The notes: generated from the sequence alone by a model not told the origin. A stretch of DNA of 64,000 bases from Epithemia pelagica (GCA_946965045.2 OX337233.1:3348001-3412000); one strand, 5' to 3'; shown: positions 10,201 through 21,895, counted from the first letter of the stretch. Numbers and translations are program-made.

Positions 10201-11601
10201 ATGGACTCGCAATTGGATTTGACGGCCTCTTCGTCATCCGAACTCTTTGTTGCTTCTCGATCGGAATTTCAACAAGTGGTGCAAAAGTACAAGGCCATTT
10301 TGGATATACCTCGCAACGAAACCGATGGTACCTTGAATGAAACCGAAGCCTTGGCACGCATTGAAGACCTGTTCGATCCTGACTTTGTCCGTCATAGCGA
10401 AGGTGATACGGACGCCAATTTGTGTGATTTCAAGTCCGAATTGTTGCAATTGGGTCGTTATCCGTCTTTGCATTTCAAATTGTTTCGATACAAACAAGTG
10501 GCGGCCGGCATTATGGATTATTATTTGCGCTTTTCGACGCAAGACAAGCAATTTGTCATCAAGGGTCTGGCCTACTTTCGCAAGGCTCGAATTTACAAGA
10601 CCGAAGTCACACGGACGGCCTACGATAAAGTGTCGGGACAAAAATCGGCCACCCAAGAAACGCCCCTGACCCGAGACCGGACCGAACGACAATTTGGCTG
10701 TCGCATTTATGAATTGCCGTCCATGGTTCATGGACAATTGTTGGGGGTCGGTGGTAACATGTTGCCCGTCGAAGAAAAGTATGAACTCTTGCGCATCTTT
10801 TTGGTCTACGATAACAAACAACATCCAACTGACAATGACAGTGGTGTTCGCAATAGCAGTGGTGGTGGTGGTGGTTGGAACAAAATGTTGAATTTCTGGC
10901 GAGACCAGTATTCGTTGCGACTGGTGGACAGTAAAGATCAACCTTACGTCAAGGGTGCCAGTATTACCTTTTCGCGACGTGCCTGTGGATCTCGACGCAT
11001 GATTTTGTGGAACGAGCGTAAGGAACCTCTGGCCTTGGCCTATCGACACAAGAAGCACGGATTTTGGAGTATTTGTGGAACACGGCCCTTGATTCCCGGT
11101 CCTCATCACTATTCGGAACCCAAATTAGAAGATGTGGGAGAGTCCAATGTCGTGGCCTTTTATCCCTGGTTTCGCATCAAGTTGGTCCACACGTCGGCAG
11201 GACGGTTGTACTTTGGCGAAGTTCTTACGTTTGATGTGGAGGGGACCGAACGAGACGAGTCGTCGTCTGCGGAAACAATGACAGCGACACCCGCGGAGGA
11301 GCATGCCAGTCCTACCACCCAAGTGACTCCCAGCGCCACGACTGCCCGGGTGGACTTTGAACCGATTTACAAAGTGACGGAAACCCGTGACAGTCAGGAA
11401 CGGATTGTGACCATTTGTGATTATTACAAGTCCAAGGATCATTTGGGTATTGTCAAATCCAGTTACAATCCACATCGTCGACTCACACAACTTATTCACA
11501 AAGAAAAAGAAGCGAGGCGCGTTCAAGTCGATGTCGCTCCGGGAGTGGATCCGGCCTTGATTCTGTGTATTGCCTCGTGTTTGGAAATGATGGAACTCTA
11601 G
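10201..11601 (+). CDS. 466-aa protein with C-terminal LURP-one/Tubby-C-like domain and possible N-terminal NTF2/SnoaL-like domain, unit 1
   Basis: Intact ORF from ATG 10201; the C-terminal VDVAPGVDPALILCIA resembles the LURP-one/Tub_2 terminal strand-helix; the N-terminal IEDLFDPDFVRH pattern is SnoaL-like (weaker). Confidence 0.55.
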   Translation: MDSQLDLTASSSSELFVASRSEFQQVVQKYKAILDIPRNETDGTLNETEALARIEDLFDPDFVRHSEGDTDANLCDFKSELLQLGRYPSLHFKLFRYKQVAAGIMDYYLRFSTQDKQFVIKGLAYFRKARIYKTEVTRTAYDKVSGQKSATQETPLTRDRTERQFGCRIYELPSMVHGQLLGVGGNMLPVEEKYELLRIFLVYDNKQHPTDNDSGVRNSSGGGGGWNKMLNFWRDQYSLRLVDSKDQPYVKGASITFSRRACGSRRMILWNERKEPLALAYRHKKHGFWSICGTRPLIPGPHHYSEPKLEDVGESNVVAFYPWFRIKLVHTSAGRLYFGEVLTFDVEGTERDESSSAETMTATPAEEHASPTTQVTPSATTARVDFEPIYKVTETRDSQERIVTICDYYKSKDHLGIVKSSYNPHRRLTQLIHKEKEARRVQVDVAPGVDPALILCIASCLEMMEL

Positions 11602-12148
11602 TACTCTCCTCTGAGTACAGTGGACCAAAAATCAAACGTACGCCGCCACAGGCTACAAGGTTGCTTTGTCTCCTCTCCCAGTTCTAAACCCCATTCAATC
11701 ATGAAGCTGCTTCGAACACAGTAGCAAATTGAGCAATTCACACGACCAACATGCTCTTTTGCATGTCTGTGATACACTTAAAATGAAATGGCCTCACACA
11801 TTTCGAGATCTGTTGGACACCTTGGGATCTGTTGGAGAGGAAGAAATCCTAACTGAAGCAGTATACCCTCTAGACAAGCGTGGATATCGCCCTTTGCACA
11901 GTATACACGGATAATGTTAGTAGTCGCCTCAGAGGGGATCATTCCCCCTGACCGGAAACTTTGTCACCGAGATTACTCTTCCTCCAAGGCCTCTATCTCT
12001 TCCTTTCGTATAGTGTAGACAATCGTAGAGAATGAGAGACACATCGTTTGGTCGGCCGGCTCCCAAACCAAAAATACCTACGGTAGAATAAGGAAGAAAA
12101 AACGAGATAGATGACTTTATCTTATGCCATGAGCAGTGTTCTATTCGT

Positions 12149-12208
12149 AGTGGGGCCTTCTCGAGAGCAATCATACGAGCAAAACATGCACTGTTCTTGT
12201 CCACAAGA
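12149..12208 (-). pseudogene. 60-bp remnant of a Kelch gene 3' end (copies at 28174, 44335, 57670)
   Basis: 58/60 identical to 13780-13839; encodes LVDKNSACFARMIALEKAPL. Confidence 0.8.
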
Positions 12209-12237
12209 CACCCAACGTAATGAAACTTCCACATACA

Positions 12238-13437
12238 CTATTCATATTGTTTTGGCCGAGTAGGGGCCTTGCCGAGAGTCAACATACGAGCAAAACATAC
12301 ACTGTTCTTGTCCACAAGAGGAAGCGTTTCAACCACATTTTCCTCTTCAAAGCATGCAAAAGTTGCAATGCCATTCGAAATGGCAATCACGCTACACATG
12401 AACCGTCCAACCCTTAGTTCTGGGAGCTGCCATACCAGGTTCCGTTGCGTGTCCAAAACTTCCACAGAACGCATGTACTCGTCTTCATCTCCTTCTCCAC
12501 CAACCACAACGAGACAAGATCCGACTCGGACCATACCATGACCATGTCGAGCATTGCCAAGAACCAGATCCTTGTGCATCTTCCAGAACTGGTTTGTGAA
12601 CGGGAGTGCTGATGTTGCATTTTGGGGTCCTTTGTTTTTGCTCCAGTCATTAAATTCGAGGTACTCCACAGAGTCCATGTAGTCGAGCTCTTCTCCACCC
12701 ATTCCGCCTCCCACATAGACACGTTGACCAACCACACCCATTCCAAAGTCCCTTCGAGCCACATTCAATGGTGGCCCGGATATAATGACGCATTGACTTT
12801 CGGAGCAGGTGTCGAGAATATCGACAGATGCGAGAGCCTTTTGAACAGCACTTCCACCCGCCACAACAATGAATCTGTCCTGTACAACGGCTGCGGCGTG
12901 TCCCCATTTTCTGCTGGACAAGCGACACTCTAAAGTCTTCCAGCATTTGATCGTGCCATTTTTGTTGGACCGTTGCAAATCATTGATGTCAATCTTTTCA
13001 ATCGTATCCAAAGCTTGGTGGCCATTTCAAGTGTCTGCGGTTTGTTGTCCACCAATGGCGTACAAAGATCCATTGCACACCACAGCTGCAGCGTAATGTC
13101 TATTTTCGTTCATGGACGGAGCTTCTCGCCAGGCCATTGGAGTCGTTTCATCATCATCATCATGGTCCAGTAGATTTACCCAAAGAACCCCATAGGTGAA
13201 AGTCAATTCATTCCGCCAACAACCTCCCATTACAACCAAGATCCGTCCTTGATTCTTATTGTCGGGGCGATGGATCACAACCGATGCATGTCCGTCGCCC
13301 AAATCGATTGGCAAGGGAGGCCATGGAGCTGTCCGCCAGGGTGTTGCGTCGTCTTGTTCTTCTTCTCCTGGATTATTGCTGTGGAGGTTTGTAAAAACCA
13401 GTCCAGACATCTGCGCTTCTTGTTGGACGTTGTTCAT
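12238..13437 (-). pseudogene. Kelch-repeat protein 1 with in-frame TGA, unit 1
   Basis: ORFs 13027-13437 and 12238-13011 are in one frame, separated only by TGA at 13027-13029; Kelch motifs (APSMNENRHYAAAVVCNGSLYAIGG, RFIVVAGG, RVYVGGG). Confidence 0.8.
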
Positions 13438-13754
13438 GGTGTTGTTCCGCTTCTCGCGTTCTTCGTTCTCGGTTGCTTCTATGGCAACATGCCTGAGTGG
13501 TTTTATAAATTTTGTGATAAAAAAGATACCCTCCCCTACAACAAAGATTCGGAAAGATATGGACTCTATGTTAGCTGAGATCCAATCTGACTATGGAGGT
13601 TAACACACCCACACCATAGTCGGAGCATGTATCCACAAGAATTATAGTACTCCTATTCATTATTCATCTTATTACAGAGAGACTGTGTTCAACTTATTAC
13701 AGAGAGACTGTGTGGTCGACGGGCAAGGAACGGAGTGGAAATCTCTCTCCTCGA

Positions 13755-14821
13755 CTAGACTGTCTGCCCACCCATCATCAGTGGGGCCTTCTCAAGAGCC
13801 ATCATACGAGCAAAACATGCACTGTTCTTGTCCACAAGAGGAAGGGTTTCAATCGCATCTCCTGATCTCCAGCATGAGATTGCTGCAATGCCCTTCGAAA
13901 TGGCAACCGCGCTATGGTGTCGCGGTCCAATTCCCTGCTCTGGGAGCTGCCATACCAGGTTCCGTTGTGTGTCCAAAACCTCCACAGAACGCATGTCTTC
14001 AGCACCTTCTCCTCCAACCACAATGAGACAAGATCCCACTCGGACCACACCATGGCTATGTCGACTGGTGCCAAGAACAAGATCCTTGTGAAACTTCCAG
14101 GATTTGTTGGTGAACGGAGATGTTGCGGTTGCATTTTGGGTTCCTTTGTTTTTGCTCCAGTCATCAAATTCCAGGTACTCCACAGAGTTCATGTACTCGA
14201 GCTCTTCGCCACCCATTCCGCCTACCACAAAGACACGTTGACCAACCACACCCATTCCAAAGTTTCGTCGAGCGGCATTTAAGGATGGTCTGGATATAAT
14301 GACGCATTGACTTTCGGAGGACTGTGTGTCTAGAATATCGACCGATGCCAGAGACGTCATGCCAGGATTTCCACCCACCACAGATGCCAGAGACGTGCCA
14401 GGATTTCCACCCGCCACAACAATGAATCGGTCTTGTACCGCGACTGCGGCACACCCACCTCTTCCACTGGACAAACGACACTCTAAAGTCATCCATTGTT
14501 TCGTTTCATTGTCCATGCAAGATGGACAAAGTAAATCGTCAATGTCAATCCTTTCAATCGTATCATAACCAGCACCGATATATTCAGAATATTGTCCACC
14601 AATGGCGTACAGAGCGCCATGACATACCACGGCTGCAAAGAACCGTCGGTCTTCGTTCATGGGTGGAGCTTCTTGCCAGTCCATTGTATCCTGGTCGACA
14701 TTCAACCAAAAAACCGCATTGGAGGAAAGAAATTCATCCTCCCACGGACACAACATGTGGGTAGAAGGATTCGGATAAGAATAGCCTCCCAATACGACCA
14801 AGATCAGTCCTTGATTCTTGT
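13755..14821 (-). CDS. Kelch-repeat protein 2, 5'-truncated by the array junction, unit 1
   Basis: Paralog of Kelch 1; homology begins at DKNQGLILVVLGG at the junction; first in-frame ATG at 14756; small internal duplication (GGNPGTSLASV / GGNPGMTSLASV). Confidence 0.75.
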
Positions 14822-15223
14822 CAGTTCATTGGCAAACACTTCAAACTGTTTGATGCAGTCGTTCATTGTGAGGTGTGTGATGCGCCACAGTTGCTCAAGA
14901 TGTACAGTTGTCCTCTTCTTACCTGGTGCTCAAATTCATTCGTCTCATCTTGGCGGACGTAATACCACGTTCCTGCAGCAGTGGCAAGGGCAAGAAGGGC
15001 CAGGACCACATATACACCAACTTTGGACCGGACGACAGCTTTGGTCTCCTCCTTGGCAATCTGGAGATTTGAAGACTCGGAAGTTTGTGTGCCGTGGCCA
15101 TTCGATGATGAACCCTCGTCCATCGGGCCATCGTCTCGATGCACCGCTCCCTCCGAAGATTCCGAGCTGTCCTCTGTTGTTACTCGACCAAGTTCGATCA
15201 AAGTAGGATCCTCATGGGTTCAT
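14822..15223 (-). pseudogene. Duplicated cyclase exon 1 + intron 1 + 24 nt of exon 2, unit 2
   Basis: Copy of 5033-5445; an 11-bp deletion next to the ATG gives ATG AAC CCA TGA. Confidence 0.9.
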
Positions 15224-15905
15224 GATGACAAGAAAACTGAAAGCAATGTGTAGTTTGCAAGGATGAACTTTGCTTTATGAGTTTTGTGGCATGAGTTTTT
15301 TTCTCTCGACCACTTTTACTCGTCGTTGGGTCTCTACCCTACACATTATCTTTTCATCGGGGTGTCAATGGGCATTATCCCTATCAACAACCATCTGCAA
15401 TGTTCTGAGGATCTGTTCTTTGTGCATGAGCTGGTACGGATGTGATATATACAATACCTTGACCTTACCATTGGTGCAGTCCAAAGTCGGAAGGATGCCC
15501 TGCCATATTCTCAGGAGCGGATGTAGCGAAGGCGTGTTCTCATAAGCTACGGTGATAAGTGGTGTTTGACGGTTTCAGAAAGAATGTCGATTCTCTGCAA
15601 CCAACCACCAAGGGCGATCTAATCGTGTCTTGGTAGGGGGAGAAAGAAACATTTTGACAATATGATCTGAACTGATCTGAACTCACGGAGATCGATTCTT
15701 GAGAATCACTGATGGGATTATGGCCACGGTCCTCTTTCTCTGATTTCCAAGAAGGCATGACGAAAGCGGGCATAACAGGGCGATAGAGTACCGTCGCAGC
15801 AATCGACTTGGTTCCTACGTCGAATGGCCTGCCATTCGAGGCATAACTCGCGACAGCATCACAAAAGACTAGTGAGCCCAGGATATGCGAACACTTTGGT
15901 TTGCT

Positions 15906-16148
15906 TGTTGAAACTCAAACAAGCCGTGCCGTAAAAGCAACTCTTTATAGGCTTATCGGACTACGTAATCTCCTTAGAATGAACACTTGCTTGTTCATCT
16001 TGCCTAATGTTGCTTTTGCCACGTCGACGGACTAAAGTCCATGCTTCGGCATCTTCATCATTCAAGTTTGGATCCTTAGCTTCCGAATCACTCTCTGTAG
16101 TCGCGGCTTGCTCGCTGCTACTCGTCGCCTGGTCACATATCCTCAACA
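15906..16148 (-). repeat. Copia 3' LTR (243 bp)
   Basis: Matches 21896-22138 with 1 mismatch found; preceded in element sense by purine tract AAAGGAGTG. Confidence 0.95.
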
Positions 16149-19100
16149 CACTCCTTTGGGCCGAGGAGTGATATTTACTACTCGGGACCACATTCATGAT
16201 GATATCCCGCAGGCGATAAAAAGCTTGACCCTGCAACGGTTTGGTAAAGAAATCAGCGATCATCTCATCCGTCGGACAGAAACGCACACTCACGTCCTTT
16301 CGGCGAATACAATCTGTGATATAGAAATATCGTAGATTGATGTGTTTGGTTCTTTTCGAGCTCGACAATCGACCGTTTCGTTCCAGTAGGATACTGCTCT
16401 GATTGTCCTGGTGCAGGACAACGTTCTTTACCTCATGTCCTTGGGCTCTCAGAAAGTTCTGGCTCCATAACATTGACGGTAACACGTCGTGCACGCCTAT
16501 CAACTCACATTCAGTCAAACTTCGCGCCACAAGTTTTTGTTTTGAAGAGGCCGTCATCACGGCACCCTTGCCCATAGTCATTACTCCGCCAGTCTGTCCT
16601 TTCATGTCTGGGTGAGTAGCGAACGAGGCATCCACCCACCAACAGAGTGTTCCAGATCCATCACCCTCTAGTCGTAGGATCAGATCCTTGGTTGACTGTA
16701 GGTACTTGAGAACCCGACCGAGTTTTCTCTGATCGTCAACGTCTGGATTCATGACGCGAGTGCTCAAAAAGGCCACAGCAGTGCGTATATCTGGGCGTCC
16801 TCTTTGCGCCATATACGCTAACTGCATTGTTACACTGTGGAATCGATCCGCCTCCTCCTCATTGAGTTTTCGGGAGTTAGGGTCCGTATGATATAAATGC
16901 TTAGCAGCGGGTGACCGTGCTTTACCGATCCATTCTTTTGGTAGCGAGATCAAAATGGTGTCGAGGTAGGATCTCATGTCCACCTGCACAACCCCATCCT
17001 CTCCATAGTCTAAGAACATACCCAAATAGTCGTGCCTTGTCCCTTCAGACACGGAGATTTCTCCCAACTGTCCGAACTCTGCTTTGAGGTCCTCAATAAA
17101 TTTGGTCACAACGGTACCGTCCACATGCGATATTTTCAGATCGTCAATGTGCCAAGTTACCGTGCATTGTTTGTTATTGATTGTTTTGTTGGCAACACAT
17201 GAATCATAGGGGTTGATTTGAAATCCCCAACTTTTGAGCACCACGGTCAATTTTTCCCAGAAGAGACGAGCTGCACGCAACGTTCCGTAAAGAGCCTTCA
17301 ACATTTCCACATATATAACTGGCTCGCCCTTCTCATATGTTAGATAAGGGGCATATGCTTCATAATCGACTTCTAGGAGTAGCTCAGCCATTAGTCCAGT
17401 AAGCCGCATATATACGCCAGGATCCATATCCGAGTGCATAAATGCACCTGGAATATCTGCCACAGCAACCACACGCCGTTCCAGGGCATCGATGACGGCA
17501 GTGATGAATACAGAATCGGTGGCCACGGTAGGAGAAGCTGAATCTTCCTTCTCTATGTACGCACGTTGTTTGCGTCCGTCGGCACAGCCTCGTCCTTTTA
17601 TCTTGCCACACCGTTTTCGTTTCAAAAACATTAGGTACCCTAGTGCTTGTTGCACCTCATTCCAGCTGAGGTCAGTCTTGTGTACTGCTCTCAATACTCC
17701 GCTATCATGCAATTGTTGGATTTCCACCTTCACGGCGGCCACTCCCTTGTTTCCAAACAGTTTGATGCCCTTCTTCATGGGCATCTGCGGTGTGGCTTGA
17801 TTCACCTCACTCGCTACAAGAAACAATACTCCATCTCGAAGGATTCCATCATAGCGCCCTCCTTTTAGAGCATCGATGCAGGCAAACGAGTGCCCGTATC
17901 GGTGCGCGTAGCTCCTTGCACGATTTGGCCGTAGATTGTACCTGTGTTGTTGTTGTTGTTGTTGTTGTTGTTGATGTACCGGATCAGACTCGCTGTTGTC
18001 TTCGGTAACTTCATTAGCGTCAATGTCTTGTCCCTCTTCCATATCCTCTCCACCGGCTAGCTCCCCCCCATTCTCCTCTACATCCTCCTCCACATCCATC
18101 ACTGCCTCCTCCGGGACTGCACCAACATCATCTTCTGGGATAGGATCGATTGGCAGTTCTCCATCTGCCTCCACTCCTTCAAGTTCCGGACCGTTCAGGT
18201 CGTCAAGTTCTCCGTCTAGTGGGTCACCCACTCCTTGAATTTCCATGTGTTGATCATCGGGACCAATCATCGGGTTGATTGCAGGTTCGCCGTTGCCCGG
18301 ATCAACATAATCGGGATTGTGAACGGCATCCACTAGTTCATCTTCGATCATCGCATCATCATAACGGAGCTCGATGTCCTCCTCTTCTTCATTGGTGTAG
18401 GATTCATCATCTTCTTCGTTGTAAAGGTCGTTGTCTTGATCCATCCACAAAATCCGATTATCTCTATTACCGAAAGCTAACCCTGGTTGCATATTTTGGG
18501 CTCTAGCCAATTGGTGCACACGTTGGATCACTTCTTGGGGCATCGGTAGGACTGTAGCGTGATTCCGAGTTATGACTCGTCCACTGACAAGACTCAAAAA
18601 ATAATAACTACCTTGACGATTCCCAGTAGGCCTCAATGCTAGAGCACCTATGGTCCTGGGCGCCATCGAGTTGTCATGTTCTTCATGACATTGGACGTAC
18701 TGTCCAAATTCGAAGCGACAGTGCTTGTTGAAGTCCACCTGTTCTCCCGTGACGAGCAGTCGTGGGCTTTCTGATTGTGAAATCCCCAACCGATGAGGGA
18801 AACTATTCAGCCAGAAGGTAGCGAATTTCGCCATCTCAATGATCATGACCTTCGGGATTTCTTTAAATGGTAGTGTGTTATACACACATCTCATCCTTTC
18901 TTTTACTGTACGTATGTACCTTTCAATATCTCCCACATGTTCATCTCGTGCGGTAGGATTTAACAATACACCGATCAATTGCAGCTCGGTTTTCATCTTC
19001 TCGGAACAGAAGGCTCCGTCAGCTAGTAACATCCGCGGGCGCAAACCACCTCTGCGGTAGATCGCAACCACTTTGCGCAACGAGATCATGACATCATCAT

Positions 19101-21162
19101 CAGTGGTATTGGCCATTGCTTCCATGGTCCCAAAATGCAACTTCCTGGACGTCGTTGCAAGGAAAGGAATGTTGTTGACGTGGAGAATATCAACAGTGAG
19201 TGTCACATCCTTGTGTTCTTCTTTGATCCGTGGTGGTACGGTCTGTGACGATTCAACCACAGGCGATTTACGACGAGTCGTCTTGCCCTTGAGACTTCCA
19301 AGGTCTGGCCCGTATATTTTCTCGGCCCTCTTGACGTCGTCCACAGTGATCGTTGTGTTAGGCAACAGATTGTTTCGTATGATGTGTACGAAATCACGCG
19401 TGGATGGACGACCTATCTTGGCCATTAATGATCGTGCCAGTTCAGCTCTATAGACTTCGTCTTGAGAATAAGCAGATTCATTATCATTAACCGTAGTGAT
19501 GAAACTACTCTGCATTCTTGACGTATCCATATAGAACAAACCGTCTTGACTTGGCAGGAATTGGTGTTTGAGTCGCCCTGAAGATCGGTCGAAGAGATTG
19601 AATGTGTTCCCGTTATCGCTGTCATACTTGATTGAGAACCTTGTGCGTGCGTTATTGAGTGATATGATGTTGGCCGGCCCTTCCGGGTCATGCCAGACGA
19701 TGCCATATCCGGGGAGTAGGCCCTGTTTGGAGATCTGACGCCGCCCAGCGTGACTTTGGATCATGATTGGGCGCTCGGCTGTGTGAATATTCTTGAGGAG
19801 GGTGGAGTCTCGGATAATGTCTACAGTCGATTGGTTGTCGAGGAGTAGCCATTCTGGGGATATGCTAGCCTGTGAAGAAGAAGCAGAAAACGAATATTGA
19901 AGTGAGTTACAATGAGCGTCCTCAAGGCCGTTTGATTCATTGGTCTCATTCCATTCACCATTATTGTTAGTTCGTGTTTGATTTGATTCATGGCCACGTG
20001 ATTCTCCGTTGCCTGTGCTCGCTCTTTCTCGGCTATTGTTGCCATTCCCATTGCGACTCTGGGTTTGTCGTGAGTTCGCTGTCATGTGGCTGTCACCAGT
20101 CAATGTGGAAGCCGCTTGGCTTTCATTGCTGTTATCCAACTCTTGTGTATGGTATGCCATGCCAGTGGCATTCTCAGTCGGGGTCTGCTGATTTTGATTC
20201 GGTTGCTTCTGTTTACCTGTCATGCGGTTATCAAGAATTGCCCTTGCATCCGCCAGAGTGGCAGGATACACATCTTTGTGGCCGTCCAAAAACATGTTTT
20301 GCAAATGGGCCTCGTACTCGCGATGGCCACATGTTCGGATGAATCGGATTGCCACGCATCGCTCTTGTGCTTCTTCACGATCGATAGATGATGGAGGGTC
20401 CCTTCTGTTTTTCTTGGCTATCATCTCCACGAGATCTTTATCATACAACACCACACCGACCTCATTGAGAACTTTCACTTTTGCCCTAAACACTTCATAA
20501 TAGCTGTGTAGGGTTTGATTGTTTCTGCGTTTCACGCCATAAAACTCTTCTTTCAACTTGTCACGACCGACCAGTTTGTAGATTCGGCCGGAATCAAACG
20601 TGAAGGTTGTTTGTTTGATCAACTTGAGTAGAGCTACACCGTCCCTTTCATCGTTGATCGCTTCCTATTCTGGTTTGGCTTGCAACTTGTCCTTCATGAG
20701 GGGCGTACATTGCCCGAGAATGACACTGAACAAGGAAGCGCGAAAGTTGCGATAGGCCTTCACTTGATCCTTTCTCGCCTTGTACTCCATTTTCCATTCT
20801 TCCATCTGAATGGGGTCTGTGGGATCATCTGGAACCTTTGCTTTCTCTGGATCTTTAAGTTCCAATTTCTCCAGCGCCTTTTGATACTCTAGGTTGTAGT
20901 AGTCGAATGATGTCCCCACGTAGCCCACTAACAACTCAACGTTGCGTAGGTAACGCTTCGACTGGGGATCTTCACTATAATCAAACACGCAATCTTTCAG
21001 CGATGGTTCTTGGCCCTGAAAGCGAGTGTTTGATTGTTGGCCTTGGTTTTTGCCACGACCTCCTCGTCCTCTGCCTCCATTGGATCGACCGCCCGTTTGA
21101 TTACCTCGTCCGCCGCTTGATTCTGCTCCATCCGGCCGAGGGCCGTTCCCACCAGTCGACAT
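15961..21162 (-). pseudogene. Copia gag-pol with in-frame TAG at 20665-20667
   Basis: Gag ATG 21162; KPE*EAINDERDGVALLKLIK stays in frame; protease LLDNQST; integrase VDIL / ADG / EHVGDIER; RT ADIPGAF, WHIDD; RNase H VDAS, TECE, QDNQS, ADFFTKPL. Confidence 0.92.
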
Positions 21163-21163
21163 C

Positions 21164-21835
21164 TTATTCGATCACAGCTAGGCTGTCTCGGTGTCGACGA
21201 TGTTCTTCGTGTTTCCCAGTAGATGGATTCCAAATGCGTATAAAGTGGTAGAAACTACCGTGTCGCGATATGACTCCTTCAAGATAGGTGGTGGAGGTTT
21301 GATTCTTCAACTTGAGGGGATTGAGTACCCACACTCTAGTTCCAATTGGAATCCACCTTATGGGGCTGTTTCTTTGCGATGCGATTGAAGGAGGCTGTGG
21401 GACTTGCACTGGATGACTTGTTTGAGATTGAGGCGTACTGTTTTGGGATCTTGGTCCAGCTGTCTGTTTTACCTCTGGTTCGGGCGTTGCCTGTCTTGAT
21501 GGTTGCGGTGGATCCGGTGTAGTTGACCGGGGTTCTGGGACAGGTGTCTTGTCCTTGTCAAGGAATTGGATTTCTCTCAACAAGCTGTCACGTTTTGCCT
21601 GAGCTTTTTCAAACACAAGTTGCTTCCGAATCTCACACTCGTCGTATGCGTTGTCACGATCCATTTCTCGTTGACGCTCAAGAGCCGCCACCGTTTGACG
21701 GTGTTGAGCTTCTCTTCTTCGGTATTCTTGTTGAAAGCGCTCTTCAATTGAGTGTACTTCTTCTTGTTCCTCGAGAGTCAGCTGAGCCAATTGAGCCAAT
21801 ATATCTTGCCAACGCGCTTCAAGTCTCTCGCTCAT
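21164..21835 (-). CDS. Copia upstream ORF, 223 aa (coiled coil - Pro-rich linker - small beta-barrel-like C-terminus)
   Basis: ATG 21835; stop TAA followed 1 nt later by the gag ATG (TAAGATG); intact in both Copia copies. Confidence 0.75.
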   Translation of the reverse strand: MSERLEARWQDILAQLAQLTLEEQEEVHSIEERFQQEYRRREAQHRQTVAALERQREMDRDNAYDECEIRKQLVFEKAQAKRDSLLREIQFLDKDKTPVPEPRSTTPDPPQPSRQATPEPEVKQTAGPRSQNSTPQSQTSHPVQVPQPPSIASQRNSPIRWIPIGTRVWVLNPLKLKNQTSTTYLEGVISRHGSFYHFIRIWNPSTGKHEEHRRHRDSLAVIE

Positions 21836-21881
21836 ATACCGTAGTTCCCTTCACAGTCTGTGATACGATATAATGCTTTAT

Positions 21882-21895
21882 TTCTAAGGAGATTA
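21882..21895 (-). promoter_or_regulatory. Copia primer-binding site complementary to its own LTR
   Basis: Element-sense TAATCTCCTTAGAA abuts the 5' LTR; its exact complement TTCTAAGGAGATTA lies inside the LTR at 21956-21969. Confidence 0.75.

Noticed and set aside
10234-11109. 291-aa minus-strand ORF in all four units
   Set aside because: Antisense to the LURP-one-like gene, no motif; persistence is explained by the high identity of the units.
13027-13029. Selenocysteine at the Kelch 1 TGA
   Set aside because: No Cys at the aligned position in Kelch 2 and no SECIS recognised; nonsense mutation is simpler.
13669-13713. Short direct duplication TTATTACAGAGAGACTGTGT x2
   Set aside because: Simple slippage duplication between genes; two copies only, not CRISPR-like.
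14810-14830. Array unit as a tandem Helitron
   Set aside because: The junction lacks CTRR/TC ends and a subterminal hairpin, cuts two genes internally, and no Rep/helicase is encoded.
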